Sequence record: NC_047815.1
DNA: 64,000 nucleotides
Strand: one strand, 5' to 3'
Under the pieces are notes generated by a model. The model was given only the letters and a program-made list of their open reading frames with translations. It was not told where the DNA came from and did not search any database. Positions 43,558 to 52,380 of this stretch are shown piece by piece. The position numbers and the translations under genes were made by a program. Position 1 is the stretch's first letter. Each line of letters starts with the position of its first letter.

Positions 43558-43585
43558 GGAGACCTTAAACGGTTTCCCCTTTTCA
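43558..43585 (+). terminator. intrinsic terminator
   Basis: GGGAGACC/GGTTTCCC stem then CTTTT. Confidence 0.6.
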
Positions 43586-43606
43586 TTTCTACCGAGGAAT
43601 TTTTAA

Positions 43607-44377
43607 ATGATGCATCGTCGACCTCAGCACATGACCTTCACCGAGTTTCAAAAGCACGTAGATACTTTCTTTGATGCTGCTATCACAACCTACGGGCTTG
43701 AGAACTTGTGGCAGTATGTGTGCCAGAACAACACCTCTTGCAGTGGGCACAACTATCACTCTACGCGTCACATGCGTGAAGTAACATCGATTGCTTTCTG
43801 GTTGTTGCTAAAAGACTTTGATCGTGAGGTGTTTGGTAAAGACAAAGATCAGAACCACGCACAAGATGAAGTCCGCGCGATGTTGGCAGCATGTATGATT
43901 CACGATATGGACCACTCGCTCGGTCATCAAGACGATGCGTGGAACATCAACACTGCTATCGATGCGCTGGTTGAATACGTTAAACGTTACGGTGATGACA
44001 GCTTTGGATTCGTTGTTCATGCGGGCACAGGCATTGCTGAGATTGAACGCAATATCCGTACTACGCAGTTTCCATATCAATCTGATTGGGCACCTGCAAC
44101 TATCTACCAACAATGTATTCGTGACGCCGACATCCTGTACTCAATGCAAGACAATGCCTGTATGGCGGTACTTGAAAACTTACGCACAGAAATGTCAGTC
44201 ACTTATCCAAAGTACGCTGCAATGTCGCGTCGTCAATTCTTAGCAGACCGTCTGCCGTTCATTCGCAGTTGCGAAATGTTTACTCCGACGGGCCGTAGTG
44301 TAATGTCTTATCAAATTCAGAGCGGCCACCACGAGCGCGTGATGGATGCGTACATCGACAACGTAGAAAGCAAATAG
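43607..44377 (+). CDS. HD-domain phosphohydrolase, class-I PDE-like
   Basis: NYHSTRH...AACMIHDMDH...RDADIL. Confidence 0.8.
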   Translation: MMHRRPQHMTFTEFQKHVDTFFDAAITTYGLENLWQYVCQNNTSCSGHNYHSTRHMREVTSIAFWLLLKDFDREVFGKDKDQNHAQDEVRAMLAACMIHDMDHSLGHQDDAWNINTAIDALVEYVKRYGDDSFGFVVHAGTGIAEIERNIRTTQFPYQSDWAPATIYQQCIRDADILYSMQDNACMAVLENLRTEMSVTYPKYAAMSRRQFLADRLPFIRSCEMFTPTGRSVMSYQIQSGHHERVMDAYIDNVESK

Positions 44378-44422
44378 TTGGTCGAAACTGTGATAGTGAC
44401 GCAGACCTTCTCCTGATATAAT
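44371..44422 (+). promoter_or_regulatory. box-type sigma70 promoter
   Basis: CAAATAGTTGGTCGAAA 44371-87; TGn-TATAAT 44417-22. Confidence 0.8.
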
Positions 44423-44448
44423 AAACATGCAGGCTGCAACAGATGCAG

Positions 44449-44483
44449 CAAACTTCACTCCGTTAGGAAACTTCGCTATGAAA
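44449..44483 (+). repeat. 35-bp leader identical to 48026-48060
   Basis: CAAACTTCACTCCGTTAGGAAACTTCGCTATGAAA. Confidence 0.9.
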
Positions 44484-45038
44484 CAAGAAACAAGAAACAA
44501 TATGGCTCATGTTGCACGCAACTATGAAGGCAATGAAAAGACCCGCATTGAAACATTGATGATAGCAAACACAATGTTTGGTACAGGTATGTTTGATGAA
44601 CCTGATGCACCTACTAAACAGCGCCGTACCTTGTTTGCCATCCATGGCATCACGCTAGTACCTACGCAAGCATCACAAAACAGAATTGATAAAGCGTTGG
44701 ACAAAGCTGGTTTTCGTATCGACGCTATTTCACAAGATTCAAACCAAGCAGAGCAGTATGCAAACGTCTATTATCCTCAAATGGAACGGTTCACAACGTT
44801 TGTCGAAGAACTACAGGCGCTGCAAGAAATGGGGCCACTTGAATGTCTCGTCGTGCCTGTGTATCTCGATATGAACGGTGCGCGTTTTCTTGTGTACAGC
44901 CAAACATCTACACTTTACAACCGCGATGAAGTTCGCAAAGACTTTGAAGACTGGTTGATCAAGCGTTGGCCGAGATTTGCTAAAACACTTGGTATGGAAA
45001 TTGAAACAACAACTAAAATCTTTGAGCGTGGAGAATAA
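44478..45038 (+). CDS. hypothetical protein
   Basis: Start within duplicated leader (AGGA SD). Confidence 0.75.
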   Translation: MKQETRNNMAHVARNYEGNEKTRIETLMIANTMFGTGMFDEPDAPTKQRRTLFAIHGITLVPTQASQNRIDKALDKAGFRIDAISQDSNQAEQYANVYYPQMERFTTFVEELQALQEMGPLECLVVPVYLDMNGARFLVYSQTSTLYNRDEVRKDFEDWLIKRWPRFAKTLGMEIETTTKIFERGE

Positions 45039-45040
45039 CA

Positions 45041-45481
45041 ATGAAACAGACTTTCAATGAACGCCGCAAGCATGTTGCAACGTTAGCCATTTATGTAAAG
45101 CTCAATAAAGATAGCTTGACTGCTTTCGGTCAGGCTGCAATGAAAGATCGCTCGGCAGCCTCAGCCGAACAGCTTGCAGAGTTTGGTATGATGCAGAACC
45201 GTCTACACCGTTTTCTTTGGGACGAAGGTCTGACTGCTGAAATCGGACTGCAAGCCAGCATGAACTTTGACTCTAATAGCAGCATTGGTACTAACGGTCA
45301 TATCTATCTGCACAGCGATATGTCAGACGGGCCTGGCTTTCATGCAGACTTCGATCATATGATTCGTGGCTTTCAACAAATCTGCCGCGATTACGGTTTT
45401 GAATTTACGTGGCGTGTGTTCTGGTGTGCAGAAGAATACAAGTCCAACCTTTCATACTTTGTGGGCGGCGCTCACGTATAA
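45041..45481 (+). CDS. hypothetical protein
   Basis: GGAG SD. Confidence 0.75.
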   Translation: MKQTFNERRKHVATLAIYVKLNKDSLTAFGQAAMKDRSAASAEQLAEFGMMQNRLHRFLWDEGLTAEIGLQASMNFDSNSSIGTNGHIYLHSDMSDGPGFHADFDHMIRGFQQICRDYGFEFTWRVFWCAEEYKSNLSYFVGGAHV

Positions 45482-45490
45482 GGAAAAGCC

Positions 45491-45931
45491 ATGAACGAAT
45501 TACACTATGTATCACAGCTTATTGAACTGCGACTTACGCCAGGCGGTGATGTGTATTCGGCTCATCGTGCTTTTGTTAGCTTGTCGGGCGGAAAGATTCT
45601 TGATACGGGCCATGTACTGAACGTGACCGTACTCAAGATAGCTCGCAACACGCTAATGGTCAGTGTGCAACTGGAAGCGTATGACCCGAAACTTGTACGT
45701 ACCCTTAAAGCACGTTTGCATGTCTTTATGCGTCAAGTCCATAAACTATGTCTCAAGTATGATCTAGAGCTGAACGTACCTGAGCCAGTAACTGAACCGA
45801 GATCAAACAATGTCGAAGCACAAGAAAAAGAACAAGCACAAAGAACTAGAATTCAACCTAAGCCTCGGAAGGAAAATATTAGACCATGCCGTGTCGTTGT
45901 TGGCGGTGTCTCCTTCCACGTCGACGCGTAA
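45491..45931 (+). CDS. hypothetical protein
   Basis: TAAGGA SD. Confidence 0.7.
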   Translation: MNELHYVSQLIELRLTPGGDVYSAHRAFVSLSGGKILDTGHVLNVTVLKIARNTLMVSVQLEAYDPKLVRTLKARLHVFMRQVHKLCLKYDLELNVPEPVTEPRSNNVEAQEKEQAQRTRIQPKPRKENIRPCRVVVGGVSFHVDA

Positions 45932-45950
45932 CGTTAAAGGCTCATATACA

Positions 45951-46265
45951 GTGCGCAAGCCTGACGACGCACAGGTCGAAGTCTGGTTCAATCAGCCCCA
46001 ACAAACCATAGTTGAGTTCGACCAAGAAATAACAAAGAAGGGCAAGTTTAAACTCAAGGCAGTTGTATCGCGTCGTGCTAAACAGCGCATTCGCTTTTGC
46101 TGTGAAGAAGCCCAGCAGATGTTGGTGCGAGAAATCAGTGAGGCTGATGCTGTTGAAGACAAGATCAATGCGATGCAGTGGCGTCGATTGATTGAAGCAA
46201 CCGAACGCGCTATTCGTATTCTGGTAATTGAAGCCTCGTTAAAAACATTTGAAATGAAACTCTAA
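45951..46265 (+). CDS. hypothetical protein
   Basis: GTG 45951 with AAAGG 10 nt upstream removes the overlap implied by the track. Confidence 0.6.
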   Translation: MRKPDDAQVEVWFNQPQQTIVEFDQEITKKGKFKLKAVVSRRAKQRIRFCCEEAQQMLVREISEADAVEDKINAMQWRRLIEATERAIRILVIEASLKTFEMKL

Positions 46266-46275
46266 AGGAAAAGAA

Positions 46276-47706
46276 ATGATTACTTATCACGATGTACCAG
46301 CAAGTGAAGTTCAAGACCATTCTGCTGCTGCGCGTCATATTGCTATGACTATCGCCTCAGAGCTAGTTGAGCACATTGCAGACGCGCACCGTCCACCTTT
46401 GCGGAAGACCAAGCGTTTGAAATTTGATGTGACCAAGTTCTCTGTCAACTGGATGCTAGTGATTGCTGAGGCGTTGCGTCTTGACTATTGCCGTGAGCTT
46501 GCCCAGCCTTATCGAAATGACTTTCTGAGTCTGATAGAGATCGACTCAGACGAGGTTCAACTGACCGTTGATGATCTACAGTTGATCCGTGCGCTTGATA
46601 TGAAAGGCATTAATCGCAGTCACAACTTGTCGTGGAACAAAGTTAGTTCTGAATTTGATATGACACAGGGTACATTAAAGCTGTTGCGTCACGAGGAGTT
46701 CTTCCGCAGCAAAGAACTGTTTGCAGATTTCATGCAGCGCCTCATCGAAACTGTAGAACAAGGCCATCGTGATTGTACGCGAGATACTGATCCAAGTGAG
46801 TTGGACGATCAGTTGTTTGACCTGCATAATGTGCTGAATCGTGTGTGGCAACAGCATTGCATGGAGTTCGGTCGACGCAATATTATCTCTCTGAGCGAAG
46901 ATGCCGAGTGGGCCATGACGTTAACCCGTGCTAACTTGACCAGTAACTCAACAATGGATCAACGTTTTGGTGAGCGTATTCTCTATCGACAGCATCTGTC
47001 CGATGCGTTTGAGGTGTTGAGCGTTGCCTCAAGCAAGGACAGTCTTGCATATCATTTAGAAGCTGTGATGTGCTTGCTGTATAATCTCGAAATTGAAAAC
47101 GATATTGATGATGACCTCGTTGTTCAGATCAAACGCAAGCTGGACGACAGTCTTTTATCGCTTAATGAAAACTTGCATGGCGATTATCTGCCTGATTGGA
47201 ATCTATTGTCTTTAGTACAGACCAAAGCCGGAACGCCAAATCAACCGACAGTTGAATCTATGATTGCATATCTGACCGAGCATAGCACTGTATCTAAACG
47301 TATGCTAGATGCAGTGGGTGAGGATGATATTCGTGAACTGTACATGAAGACCCTTGCAGACTCCGAAGACGCAATCGACGCTGACGAAGACGAAGAAGAT
47401 GAGGACGAGGAAGAAGACGATCCAGCTTGTATTTCTCCAATGCCTAACTATCTTCATTCCGTCCAGGAGTCGCAGATTGCACGCATGGTCACTCCTTGCG
47501 ATCTAGCCGGTAATCTTGCACTCAAGCGTCCGACCTTTGAGTTTTCTGTTGCTGGTCAAGTATTCGCTCTCAACATCTTTCAGGTTCAAGCAGCACCTGT
47601 TGATGTGTATGTTCCGTCTCGCGCACTGATTCATGCAGTGTATTCTAATCTGATTGCTCTTGGTGTATTCCATCAGGACAACGACAAACCACAGTGGGTA
47701 CGCTAA
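46276..47706 (+). CDS. acidic hypothetical protein
   Basis: AAGGA SD. Confidence 0.8.
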   Translation: MITYHDVPASEVQDHSAAARHIAMTIASELVEHIADAHRPPLRKTKRLKFDVTKFSVNWMLVIAEALRLDYCRELAQPYRNDFLSLIEIDSDEVQLTVDDLQLIRALDMKGINRSHNLSWNKVSSEFDMTQGTLKLLRHEEFFRSKELFADFMQRLIETVEQGHRDCTRDTDPSELDDQLFDLHNVLNRVWQQHCMEFGRRNIISLSEDAEWAMTLTRANLTSNSTMDQRFGERILYRQHLSDAFEVLSVASSKDSLAYHLEAVMCLLYNLEIENDIDDDLVVQIKRKLDDSLLSLNENLHGDYLPDWNLLSLVQTKAGTPNQPTVESMIAYLTEHSTVSKRMLDAVGEDDIRELYMKTLADSEDAIDADEDEEDEDEEEDDPACISPMPNYLHSVQESQIARMVTPCDLAGNLALKRPTFEFSVAGQVFALNIFQVQAAPVDVYVPSRALIHAVYSNLIALGVFHQDNDKPQWVR

Positions 47707-47990
47707 TGCAATTTAAAGATCTCTCACCAAACGTTAAACTAGCTGTGCTGTTGATGCACAACTTTGGTATCATCGAACAAATCTGCGATCAGCAAGGTAT
47801 TGGCGAAGAAGCTAAGGAAGAAGCCATCACAGAAAGTCTTGCTGTTATTGGTATTTCGGCTGATGATGTTCAAGGCATTCTGTCAAACAACTTATCAGAG
47901 CAAGAAGCCTTAGAGCTTGAACAGTACCTCAATCAGTATGCTGAGGATGACTCTGACGACGAGCACGACGACACGCCACACATGCACTAA
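47706..47990 (+). CDS. small acidic hypothetical protein
   Basis: TAATG overlap. Confidence 0.7.
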   Translation: MQFKDLSPNVKLAVLLMHNFGIIEQICDQQGIGEEAKEEAITESLAVIGISADDVQGILSNNLSEQEALELEQYLNQYAEDDSDDEHDDTPHMH

Positions 47991-48025
47991 TGTCTGTGGG
48001 AGGTAACAGCCTCCCCAACTTCTTT

Positions 48026-48060
48026 CAAACTTCACTCCGTTAGGAAACTTCGCTATGAAA
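48026..48060 (+). repeat. 35-bp leader identical to 44449-44483
   Basis: Exact match including SD and ATG AAA. Confidence 0.9.
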
Positions 48061-49068
48061 ATCTCAATGTCTCATGTACCAGAACTAGGCTCAAGCCATG
48101 AAGTAGGTATTCTTATAGGTGATGACGAACAGCATGAACGCGTTATCTATGTTCCAATCCTTGTTGATGAAAGACAAGTACGCATCCCTGTTAATGGTGG
48201 CACTCTCGGTCTTCACGCAATCAAACGCCCTATGCTGGTAATCAATACACTGACTCACAAGTATCGGCTTGTGGTTGCCAACATTCGGCAGCATGTAAAG
48301 AGCAACATTCATACGTTCACGCCAGATAAAAGTATTCTCGACCATATGCTTGCTGTGCCTGGTACGTTTCTTGATTTATCCGACTCAGTGCCTGATGACT
48401 ATCAGCCTACGTCTGATCGTTATGGTGTGTTTGCTTATTCAACGCCTGTCGATCGTGGTGCGCATATAAAGCCTCGTCAGATCTATATCAGTGATCGTAA
48501 GTTTCATCATCCGTTTCTTGACGCGATTTCTGATGAGGACATGCAGCAGGTTCTCGACTACATCAAGCAGACCAAGACGTGGGAAGACCTGTGTCTTGAT
48601 CATGCTCGTGGTCGCTGCAAGATTGATGCGCCAGGCATTGATACCTACTTGCGTTATGAGACAGATATCCCTAAATATGTTCCTGAGATATTTGCGGCAG
48701 CATGGAAATCTCTGAACATCATTAACGCCATGCCACCAGCAGAGATTGCAGATCGGCGCACAGAGATGGTAACAGCTATTGAAGTTGCTATGTCGTTTGA
48801 TCGTCTTTGGGCTTGCGGTCCTAAAGTAACGTATGCCGGGGAGATTCCTGAAATGCGTTTTGAGTGGCAACGTGAAGAACGTGAAGGTCAGGTGGCAGCT
48901 ACTCGCTACATGTGTTACTGCGTTGTGCCAAACGATCTGCCTATACCAGGTCGCTTTCTCGTTATCGACACGCAGGCAGAAGGGTTTGAGAATCGCTTCC
49001 GTCCGTTTATGTCTATTAGTGATGCTCTGACTTTCGTATCAACCGAATACCACAAAGAAGAGGTTTAA
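48055..49068 (+). CDS. hypothetical protein
   Basis: Start within duplicated leader. Confidence 0.8.
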   Translation: MKISMSHVPELGSSHEVGILIGDDEQHERVIYVPILVDERQVRIPVNGGTLGLHAIKRPMLVINTLTHKYRLVVANIRQHVKSNIHTFTPDKSILDHMLAVPGTFLDLSDSVPDDYQPTSDRYGVFAYSTPVDRGAHIKPRQIYISDRKFHHPFLDAISDEDMQQVLDYIKQTKTWEDLCLDHARGRCKIDAPGIDTYLRYETDIPKYVPEIFAAAWKSLNIINAMPPAEIADRRTEMVTAIEVAMSFDRLWACGPKVTYAGEIPEMRFEWQREEREGQVAATRYMCYCVVPNDLPIPGRFLVIDTQAEGFENRFRPFMSISDALTFVSTEYHKEEV

Positions 49069-49069
49069 T

Positions 49070-49441
49070 ATGATGATGCAAGACGGAACCAAAATCGCAG
49101 CCAAAGATATGTTAGCTGCCAGCACTATCCCTGCCGAACAGCGCATAGCTCATACGGTACCTAACGTTGTTATCGTGGCGGTTGTGTATGAGTCTGACAG
49201 TTTCAGTGGTCAGCGTCATGATGGTTTCTGCTACATGCCGAACAACGAATCCTATCAGGCATTCAAAGCGCATTTGCAAAAGCACAAGAGCCGTGAAAGC
49301 TACTGTTTCATGACAGACGTTAATCTACTGTCTATAGAAGATGCAGGACTTGAGGCGATGATCGCTGCGGTGGCTGAGCGCCCAGATCGACCGTGGCTGT
49401 GGGTAGATACTGATTATGCTGTATGTGCGTGGTACGACTAA
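49070..49441 (+). CDS. hypothetical protein
   Basis: GAGGT SD. Confidence 0.75.
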   Translation: MMMQDGTKIAAKDMLAASTIPAEQRIAHTVPNVVIVAVVYESDSFSGQRHDGFCYMPNNESYQAFKAHLQKHKSRESYCFMTDVNLLSIEDAGLEAMIAAVAERPDRPWLWVDTDYAVCAWYD

Positions 49442-49445
49442 TCAG

Positions 49446-49497
49446 CAAAATCGTGGTCAAAATAGCTGTTGCGTTTAGGCGCTTGTTTTGATAAACT
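49446..49497 (+). promoter_or_regulatory. box-type sigma70 promoter
   Basis: CAAAATCGTGGTCAAAA 49446-62; TTGCGT 49469-74; TGn-TAAACT 49492-97. Confidence 0.8.
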
Positions 49498-49547
49498 GTG
49501 AGTGGGCAACAAGCTCACTCATATACAACGTCTGAGGAGACGAGACA

Positions 49548-49979
49548 GTGACTACTAAGATGACAGGATTACAGATTCACAACGCACGTAAAAACGATCC
49601 ATACGACTGGACTCGTTTGACTTCTCAAGTTCAAGGAATGCTGATTCAAGCCGAAGCTGAGAAGATACAAATGGTGGCCATGCCCCTCACCGCTTTTCCT
49701 AAGTTTAAAGAGCACGCCAATCTAAACTATGTGCTTGATGAATTGAACGACTGGCGTTTATCCGAACTGTCTACTCTATCTCAAATCAGTCATGATTGGT
49801 TTGCTAGTGATGGAACACACTTTGATTATGTGTTGTTTATTCGTTGTCCTGAGGCTCGTCAGACAATGCGTACTTTTGATGCGGAAACAAACAAGCTGGT
49901 TGACGCCCGTATGTTAAGTAGCTCGACCATCATCATGCCAAAAGATTTTGAGTTGTTTGATACCGAAATAGCAGAATAA
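49548..49979 (+). CDS. hypothetical protein
   Basis: GAGGAG SD, GTG start. Confidence 0.75.
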   Translation: MTTKMTGLQIHNARKNDPYDWTRLTSQVQGMLIQAEAEKIQMVAMPLTAFPKFKEHANLNYVLDELNDWRLSELSTLSQISHDWFASDGTHFDYVLFIRCPEARQTMRTFDAETNKLVDARMLSSSTIIMPKDFELFDTEIAE

Positions 49980-50038
49980 AAATATCTAGCGCCTGCACAA
50001 GCAGGCGCTTTGCTTATACACTGTCTGAGGAGACGGAA

Positions 50039-50530
50039 ATGAATACAACGCATAAATTCGACGATGAATCAAACACAGCCATTAGCCTTGCTGTTGAGGC
50101 CGCACAAAAGCTGATCGGTGATCTCAACATGCAGTCAATTGACGTTGCTATCACTGGTGCTCGCGTGTATCTCACTGTTGCTGATATGCTTGGCGGTCAT
50201 TTGCAGCAAGCCAGTTTTATCTTTAACGGCCAGCTCGTAACTGTGGTCATCAACGTTAAGCAAGCTGATGACGCTGAGGAATTTGTCTCAAACGAAATTG
50301 ATCGCAATTTTCAGATGGAACTCGGCGACCTACTGATCGGCACTATGGACGAAGCTGTTGATGAAGGAGTTATCAGCGGTTACGAACAAGGTGCGATGTT
50401 TATCGCTGCCCTGTCCTTGATGTATATCGGACTCAAGAACAGCGGCATTACGGAACTCAGATTCCGACACAGCAAGAAAAACTACGTTTCACACATTACC
50501 CTTATGCCAGAGGAAACTGAATCAAAATGA
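50039..50530 (+). CDS. acidic hypothetical protein
   Basis: GAGGAG SD. Confidence 0.75.
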   Translation: MNTTHKFDDESNTAISLAVEAAQKLIGDLNMQSIDVAITGARVYLTVADMLGGHLQQASFIFNGQLVTVVINVKQADDAEEFVSNEIDRNFQMELGDLLIGTMDEAVDEGVISGYEQGAMFIAALSLMYIGLKNSGITELRFRHSKKNYVSHITLMPEETESK

Positions 50531-50715
50531 AAACCGTGAACGAGTTGGTAAAGCAATTAAAGCAGTCCAATTCTATCGTATTAACCGAATCAGTGGCAGA
50601 CAGTGTTCTGCCCGATTTAAAATTCACCCTTGATGTGTTGTGTATGAATTACCGTCTGCGTCAAATCGATACACTCAGCGGAGGGCGCCAGACGAAAATT
50701 GAATTACGCAGTTAA
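50527..50715 (+). CDS. small hypothetical protein
   Basis: ATGA overlap. Confidence 0.65.
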   Translation: MKTVNELVKQLKQSNSIVLTESVADSVLPDLKFTLDVLCMNYRLRQIDTLSGGRQTKIELRS

Positions 50716-50857
50716 CTGAACTACCCTTTGGCCTTACGTTATTTATCCATCCCTCCTGACAGAGGTTGCGTAAGGTCCTTTTTAAAGCGTGTTTTCGAGC
50801 GTGCTTTAAAAAGCTGATAACTAGAAAACTCACCTTCTAGTTGGTACGTGAAAGCTG

Positions 50858-50909
50858 CAAATCTGCGGTCAAAACAGTGCTAGCAACAAGCGAAACGCTG
50901 TGCTACAAT
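50858..50909 (+). promoter_or_regulatory. box-type sigma70 promoter
   Basis: CAAATCTGCGGTCAAAA 50858-74; TAGCAA 50881-86; TGn-TACAAT 50904-09. Confidence 0.8.
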
Positions 50910-50915
50910 ATATGT

Positions 50916-51245
50916 GCAGCATGTCGTGTGCTGTAACATCGAGGAAACTTGCTAGTCTTTGAGTCTCTATCTATATGTGCGGCCATGCACTGATATGAGA
51001 CTCCTTTTTAAAACAGGTTCAATGAGCCTAGTTTAAAAAGCAATTAAAGCCAAGAGACTTCAACCCACTACTTGGTTAGTAACACCTCTGGTGCCAGGTC
51101 GGCGGCTGCATCCCAGAGACTGGGGCCTGGCTCCCTTTTTAAAGCTGATTTTGATTAGTCAGTTTTCGAAAGGGTTCGATACCCTTGAGCGCATTTGGAT
51201 TTACGCGGTTTTCACCAACTGTGCTCTCATATTAAACCGCAAAGG
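50916..51245 (+). ncRNA. candidate structured non-coding RNA / long structured leader
   Basis: ~330 nt with no credible ORF after a strong promoter; at least 7 consecutive hairpins, a T-loop-like arm and a possible pseudoknot. Confidence 0.55.
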
Positions 51246-51253
51246 AAATAACA

Positions 51254-51967
51254 ATGCCTACATTACGCAAACCTCGTCCAGCAGATAAGTTCTCTCAAGC
51301 TCGCGCCGCCAAGAACTCTCCTGAACGTCAAGAAGCAGCCAAGAAGAAAGTGCCACGCGGTCCTAAATCAGCAGGCCCTCGTCGCAATACTGTCCAAGTG
51401 GAACGCGCTGCTACGATACGCGACGAGGACCGTGTTGTAAACCTCGTGCTGTTTATCTTACGTGGTTGGAAACAAGCTAAGGCGGATAGTGAAGCCAGCG
51501 CTGCACAGGGCATCATTAAGGTAAGTCGTCGTGAAATCGAACTAGCTTTACGCGATCTCAAAAACACGCGTTTCACTAAAATCCCGACACTGATTAACGA
51601 TGTGTTGGTCTACAACGAAATCGTAAATGAGTTTGGTCAGTGGGTGTACGTAGAGCATGATAGTCCTGACTGGATGTTCATCTTAACGCCAGATCGTGAA
51701 ACGCTTGTGACACGCTGTCGCATTCGCCGCAATAAAGAGACAGACGACCTGACACAGCTCATATCCTCAGAAGTTCTGTTGAAAGATTGGAGCGAAGAAG
51801 AGGTAGAGATAGACGTCTCAGAAGAAGGCGAGGAGTATCAATCATGGACCCTCAGCCAACTTCAAAACTTTGCTAAAGCCGAAGGTTACATGGGCATCAA
51901 AGATGAAGGATGGAACGATCGTTCAGCACTCATTGCTCGAATCATCAACAAGGGCGCAATCAAATGA
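51254..51967 (+). CDS. protein with basic N-terminus and C-terminal Rho-N/HeH-like helical module
   Basis: AAGGA SD; WTLSQLQNFAKAEG...RSALIARII. Confidence 0.75.
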   Translation: MPTLRKPRPADKFSQARAAKNSPERQEAAKKKVPRGPKSAGPRRNTVQVERAATIRDEDRVVNLVLFILRGWKQAKADSEASAAQGIIKVSRREIELALRDLKNTRFTKIPTLINDVLVYNEIVNEFGQWVYVEHDSPDWMFILTPDRETLVTRCRIRRNKETDDLTQLISSEVLLKDWSEEEVEIDVSEEGEEYQSWTLSQLQNFAKAEGYMGIKDEGWNDRSALIARIINKGAIK

Positions 51968-52293
51968 GTCTGACTATTCGTTCTGCCGCTGAGGCCGCCT
52001 CGATGATCGTAGAAAACGTTACTCTTTACTCTAATGAGAAAGAGTTCGAAACAATACTACCTCGCTTTAAAATGCCAGAGACGGCGATACGTCGAATTTC
52101 AGGACACGCTCGCATAATACCTGAAAGTTATATCGAACAATTGTCTGTAGAAATACAGCAACTCGATTGGATGCTGCTGCGATGTAGTGCAAAAGAATTT
52201 ATCTTTATGCATTGTGATGTACCGTCAAACTGGACGACATTGAGTGCCAAGCGTGTGGCGCCAAATCATAGAGACGACTCAGTAGACGATTAA
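51964..52293 (+). CDS. hypothetical protein
   Basis: ATGA overlap. Confidence 0.65.
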   Translation: MSLTIRSAAEAASMIVENVTLYSNEKEFETILPRFKMPETAIRRISGHARIIPESYIEQLSVEIQQLDWMLLRCSAKEFIFMHCDVPSNWTTLSAKRVAPNHRDDSVDD

Positions 52294-52321
52294 CTCTAAT
52301 TGAGCAAGGACGCATAATCTA

Positions 52322-52373
52322 CAAATAGATGGTCAAAATAGCGGTAGATTTCTACCGCTATTTTTGATACACT
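52322..52373 (+). promoter_or_regulatory. box-type sigma70 promoter overlapped by a 14-bp inverted repeat
   Basis: CAAATAGATGGTCAAAA 52322-38; TGn-TACACT 52368-73; inverted repeat 52335-64. Confidence 0.75.
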
Positions 52374-52380
52374 AGAGATC

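Noticed and set aside
45810-45950. 122-nt dual-coding overlap
   Set aside because: In-frame GTG at 45951 with AAAGG SD explains the downstream gene without overlap
51110-51200. tRNA gene suggested by GGGTTCGATACCC
   Set aside because: No upstream acceptor 5' strand, D-arm, anticodon arm or CCA; kept only as a T-loop motif within the ncRNA candidate
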